A stretch of 24,879 nt of DNA, taken from positions 1 to 24,879 of IMG/VR virus record IMGVR_UViG_3300021086_000017. The stretch is one strand, 5' to 3'. Origin of the DNA: a virus (Duplodnaviria; Caudoviricetes). Below are positions 23,335-24,879 of the stretch, piece by piece. A program made the position numbers and the translations under genes. Numbering within the stretch: position 1 is the stretch's first letter; each line of letters opens with the position of its first letter. The notes beneath the pieces are model-generated. The model did no database searches. It was not told the DNA's origin and was given only the letters and a program-made list of their open reading frames with translations.

Positions 23335-24081
23335 ATGGTCGCAGGTACATGGTATAATCAGGACGGTTTATACTTACAATACGGTACACAGAAACCCGTC
23401 CCTGAGATTGGTGGAGATTATCTTGTTTACGGGGAAACTCGTGAGATAGAAACCTACATTCCTCTCGTTCCCACTCAGTGGGGTTCTCCAGCTACAGCCG
23501 GTAGTTCACCGTTTGTTGTTGGTGGCGCTCCCACAACCTTCTCTGGTACAGGTACTGCTCTTCAAGCAGGTATCCAATCAGTGAATCTCTTCGTTCCATT
23601 ACAAGGAACTCTCCCAACTGGTCTTACGTCAGGTACTATCATCCTTGATAGAACTCAATTGTTCTTTGAAACTGTTGAAGTTGAGACTATTGTTGGCGCA
23701 ACAGGTGGAACTTCTCTTGCTGTAGGTCTCGCAACGACTTCCCAGCTTCCAGGTTCACCCAATGCAACATTCGTTCAGGTAACTCCTAATGCAGGTGTTC
23801 AGCTCTTAAACGGTCTGCTCACTGCAAATATGGCTACTCCTGGTATGCGTGCGACATTCTGGACACCCACCGCAACTAGTGGCATCATATTTGGTGGTAC
23901 TGGATTTGCTACTGCTATTGCAGGCAATGGCGCGTGGTTGGGCAATGTTCCACTCGTGACGAATGTCATCACTCCACTCCCACAGAGTGCATGGATCTCT
24001 GCGATTGCTACAGGTACGTTTACAAGCGGACTTGTTCAGCTTCGTCTTAGATACAAGCTCTACGGTAACATCAGCTTCTAA
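23335..24081 (+). CDS. Virion structural protein (capsid-adjacent, decoration-like)
   Basis: GGAGG RBS; WYNQDGL N-terminus; Gly/Thr-rich. Confidence 0.75.
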   Translation: MVAGTWYNQDGLYLQYGTQKPVPEIGGDYLVYGETREIETYIPLVPTQWGSPATAGSSPFVVGGAPTTFSGTGTALQAGIQSVNLFVPLQGTLPTGLTSGTIILDRTQLFFETVEVETIVGATGGTSLAVGLATTSQLPGSPNATFVQVTPNAGVQLLNGLLTANMATPGMRATFWTPTATSGIIFGGTGFATAIAGNGAWLGNVPLVTNVITPLPQSAWISAIATGTFTSGLVQLRLRYKLYGNISF

Positions 24082-24090
24082 TAGCTAATA

Positions 24091-24121
24091 TAGTGTTGGT
24101 GCCCTTCGGGGCACCTCACTA
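24091..24121 (+). other. Stable cUUCGg hairpin without a U-tract, immediately before an RBS
   Basis: TAGTG-TT-GGTGCCC-TTCG-GGGCACC-T-CACTA. Confidence 0.7.
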
Positions 24122-24133
24122 GAAAGGAAACAA

Positions 24134-24634
24134 ATGGCAATCGATACTTCTAGAATCGACCTTATGGGTGGTTTAGACGAAGTTGTTATGAACCAGCGAG
24201 TTAGAGCTTATGTTCCTGGAACGCAGGTATCTTCATCGGTACCTGGTGGTCAACAGTTTGGTACTATGTGGATGACTGGAACTGGTGTGGTTACTACTGG
24301 TACTGGTGCAACTGGTACTACAGCAACCGCAGCTCAACTTGGCGGTGGAATATTCGTATGGAATTCTACTGCCGCAGCTCAAACTGTTACTTTAGATACA
24401 GCTACTAATATTGTTAATTATATGAGCAATAACAGTGCTGGTGTTCAAATAGGTGACATCTTTCAATGTTTGATTATTAATGGCGGTGCCACTAATAGTT
24501 TTACAATTACAGCAGGATCTGGTGGAGCATCAGATGCTAATCAATCTGTAATAACCATAGCGGCAGCAGCATCTAAAACTCTATTGATTAGAATAACTGC
24601 TATATCAACACCCGCATATATAGTATACGCATAA
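24134..24634 (+). CDS. Virion structural protein (Gly/Thr/Ala-rich)
   Basis: AAAGGAA RBS; composition and position. Confidence 0.75.
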   Translation: MAIDTSRIDLMGGLDEVVMNQRVRAYVPGTQVSSSVPGGQQFGTMWMTGTGVVTTGTGATGTTATAAQLGGGIFVWNSTAAAQTVTLDTATNIVNYMSNNSAGVQIGDIFQCLIINGGATNSFTITAGSGGASDANQSVITIAAAASKTLLIRITAISTPAYIVYA

Positions 24635-24645
24635 GAAAGTAGATT

Positions 24646-24879
24646 ATGTCTGAAAATATTACTCTTAACAATGTAGCTACATTTCAAAATGACACTACTG
24701 CTGTCACTACTATTAATAGTAATAATGCAGTTATAACTACAGCTTTTCTTGATGTTTTATCTAGAAGTGGAGTCACTCCTAATCAGATGACTTCCACTCT
24801 GGATATGAATGGAAATCAAATAGTTAATCTTCCTCCTCCTCAAACTGTTAATTCTCCAGCTAGATTAATAGATGTAACC
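24646..24879 (+). CDS. Tail-fibre-like virion protein, N-terminal part (runs off the window)
   Basis: Hand-translated MSENITLNNVATFQND...LSRSG..PNQMTSTLDMNGNQIVNLP, an N-terminal pattern common in podoviral fibre proteins. Confidence 0.7.
   Translation, partial: MSENITLNNVATFQNDTTAVTTINSNNAVITTAFLDVLSRSGVTPNQMTSTLDMNGNQIVNLPPPQTVNSPARLIDVT

Noticed and set aside
23290-23340. Programmed frameshift extending the major capsid protein
   Set aside because: No slippery heptamer near the stop; the next gene has its own GGAGG RBS.
290-23449. Numerous antisense or out-of-frame track ORFs nested in ung, primase-helicase, the 492-aa and 439-aa ORFs, terL, portal, scaffold and capsid
   Set aside because: Fully nested in well-supported genes, with no convincing RBS or motif.

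Overview
A fragment of a lytic-looking podovirus genome with two divergent arms. Its architecture resembles SIO1/VpV262/Zobellviridae-type phages; this is an inference from gene content and order, not from a search. Leftward arm (minus strand, ~1-8.4 kb): small early ORFs including several Zn-finger microproteins, tRNA-Leu(UAA), a degenerate class-II glutamine amidotransferase-like gene, a gamma-glutamylcyclotransferase-like gene, a T7 gp4-type primase-helicase and a family-1 uracil-DNA glycosylase. Centre (~8.4-11.8 kb): divergent sigma70-type promoters, an IHF-consensus site, a rightward three-gene unit ending in a strong terminator, and a likely genome end/packaging region. Rightward arm (11.9-24.9 kb): a ~5.8 kb accessory block, then terminase large subunit, portal, scaffold, major capsid and further virion genes. 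An RcGTA-type head-spike base gene and a CUCCUCCC-loop RNA hint at an alphaproteobacterial host. Most unusual signals: (1) a translationally coupled microprotein array sharing IH[PQ][AS]FP-x8-H[EM]GS[QK]S, followed by a signal-less HiPIP-like Fe-S protein absent from the ORF track; (2) a dispersed, covarying tandem-GA/GNA-triloop hairpin TCGAACGNAGTGAGA; (3) two multi-hairpin intergenic RNA candidates, one abutting the tRNA 5' end and carrying anti-SD motifs; (4) a long-range inverted repeat bracketing a two-gene cassette; (5) three 33-nt-periodic hairpin repeats inside a basic-protein gene.
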